Positions 63,678 through 64,000 of a DNA stretch of 64,000 nucleotides are shown here, piece after piece; within the stretch, counting starts at the first letter, position 1, and the number at the start of each line of letters is the position of its first letter. The notes under the pieces were generated by a model. It did no database searches. It worked only from the letters and a program-made list of their open reading frames with translations, and was not told where the DNA came from. The stretch comes from Macrostomum lignano (taxonomy: Eukaryota). Location: contig NIVC01001550.1 in NCBI GenBank assembly GCA_002269645.1, positions 186,001 to 250,000 of the forward strand, read 5' to 3'. The position numbers and the translations under genes are program-made.

Positions 63678-64000
63678 ATCTGCAAAGGCGCATGGTGTGC
63701 AGTGAGGAAGTCAGCTAATCCATAAGAAAGTTTTCCCCAGTTTGCCCGGGAAGAAGTGGCCTGACCTGACCGACGGCAGCGCACCACTCGATACACCTGC
63801 TGGCACACTTGTGCATAATGCCGATTCACTGTAGTTGATTGCTTTCAATAAACATTTCCTAGTCAGTCTCAGCTGGTTGCTGTTGATCTGTTGATGCCAA
63901 TTGTCAAGGTCAAGTTCGGGTCAGCAGCTGCTATCGGTTTTAGCTCGTGGCAGAATTTTTGTAACGTCAAACTTCATTCGGTCCTTGTTCGGGGATTTCT

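Noticed and set aside
63680-64000. Possible terminal exon of a downstream minus-strand gene
   Set aside because: Only ~25 codons precede a stop at the window edge; insufficient evidence.

Overview
Eukaryotic (animal) genomic DNA with spliceosomal introns, not prokaryotic. GC-rich exons, AT-rich spacers and minisatellite-packed introns suggest a free-living flatworm such as Macrostomum; this is an inference from style only. Nine spliced or single-exon genes could be reconstructed by hand: AKAP1/spoonbill-like KH-Tudor (-), PNPO (-), a divergent PDIA3/4-like ER protein (+), a 3xC2H2 zinc-finger protein (-), a catalytically dead AGC-type pseudokinase (-), an NHL beta-propeller protein (-), CYB5R4 (-), a C18orf63/DUF4708 homolog (-) and COMMD3 (+). 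About 30 distinct tandem arrays explain almost all of the long low-complexity ORFs in the track. There are also two tRNA-derived SINE copies and several DNA-transposon relics. The most unusual object is a 273-bp TIR/TSD-bounded element (21542-21814). It carries a 64-nt copy of the 28S rRNA segment targeted by R2 retrotransposons and I-PpoI, with the cleavage core scrambled. All homology calls are from remembered family motifs; no database search was run.
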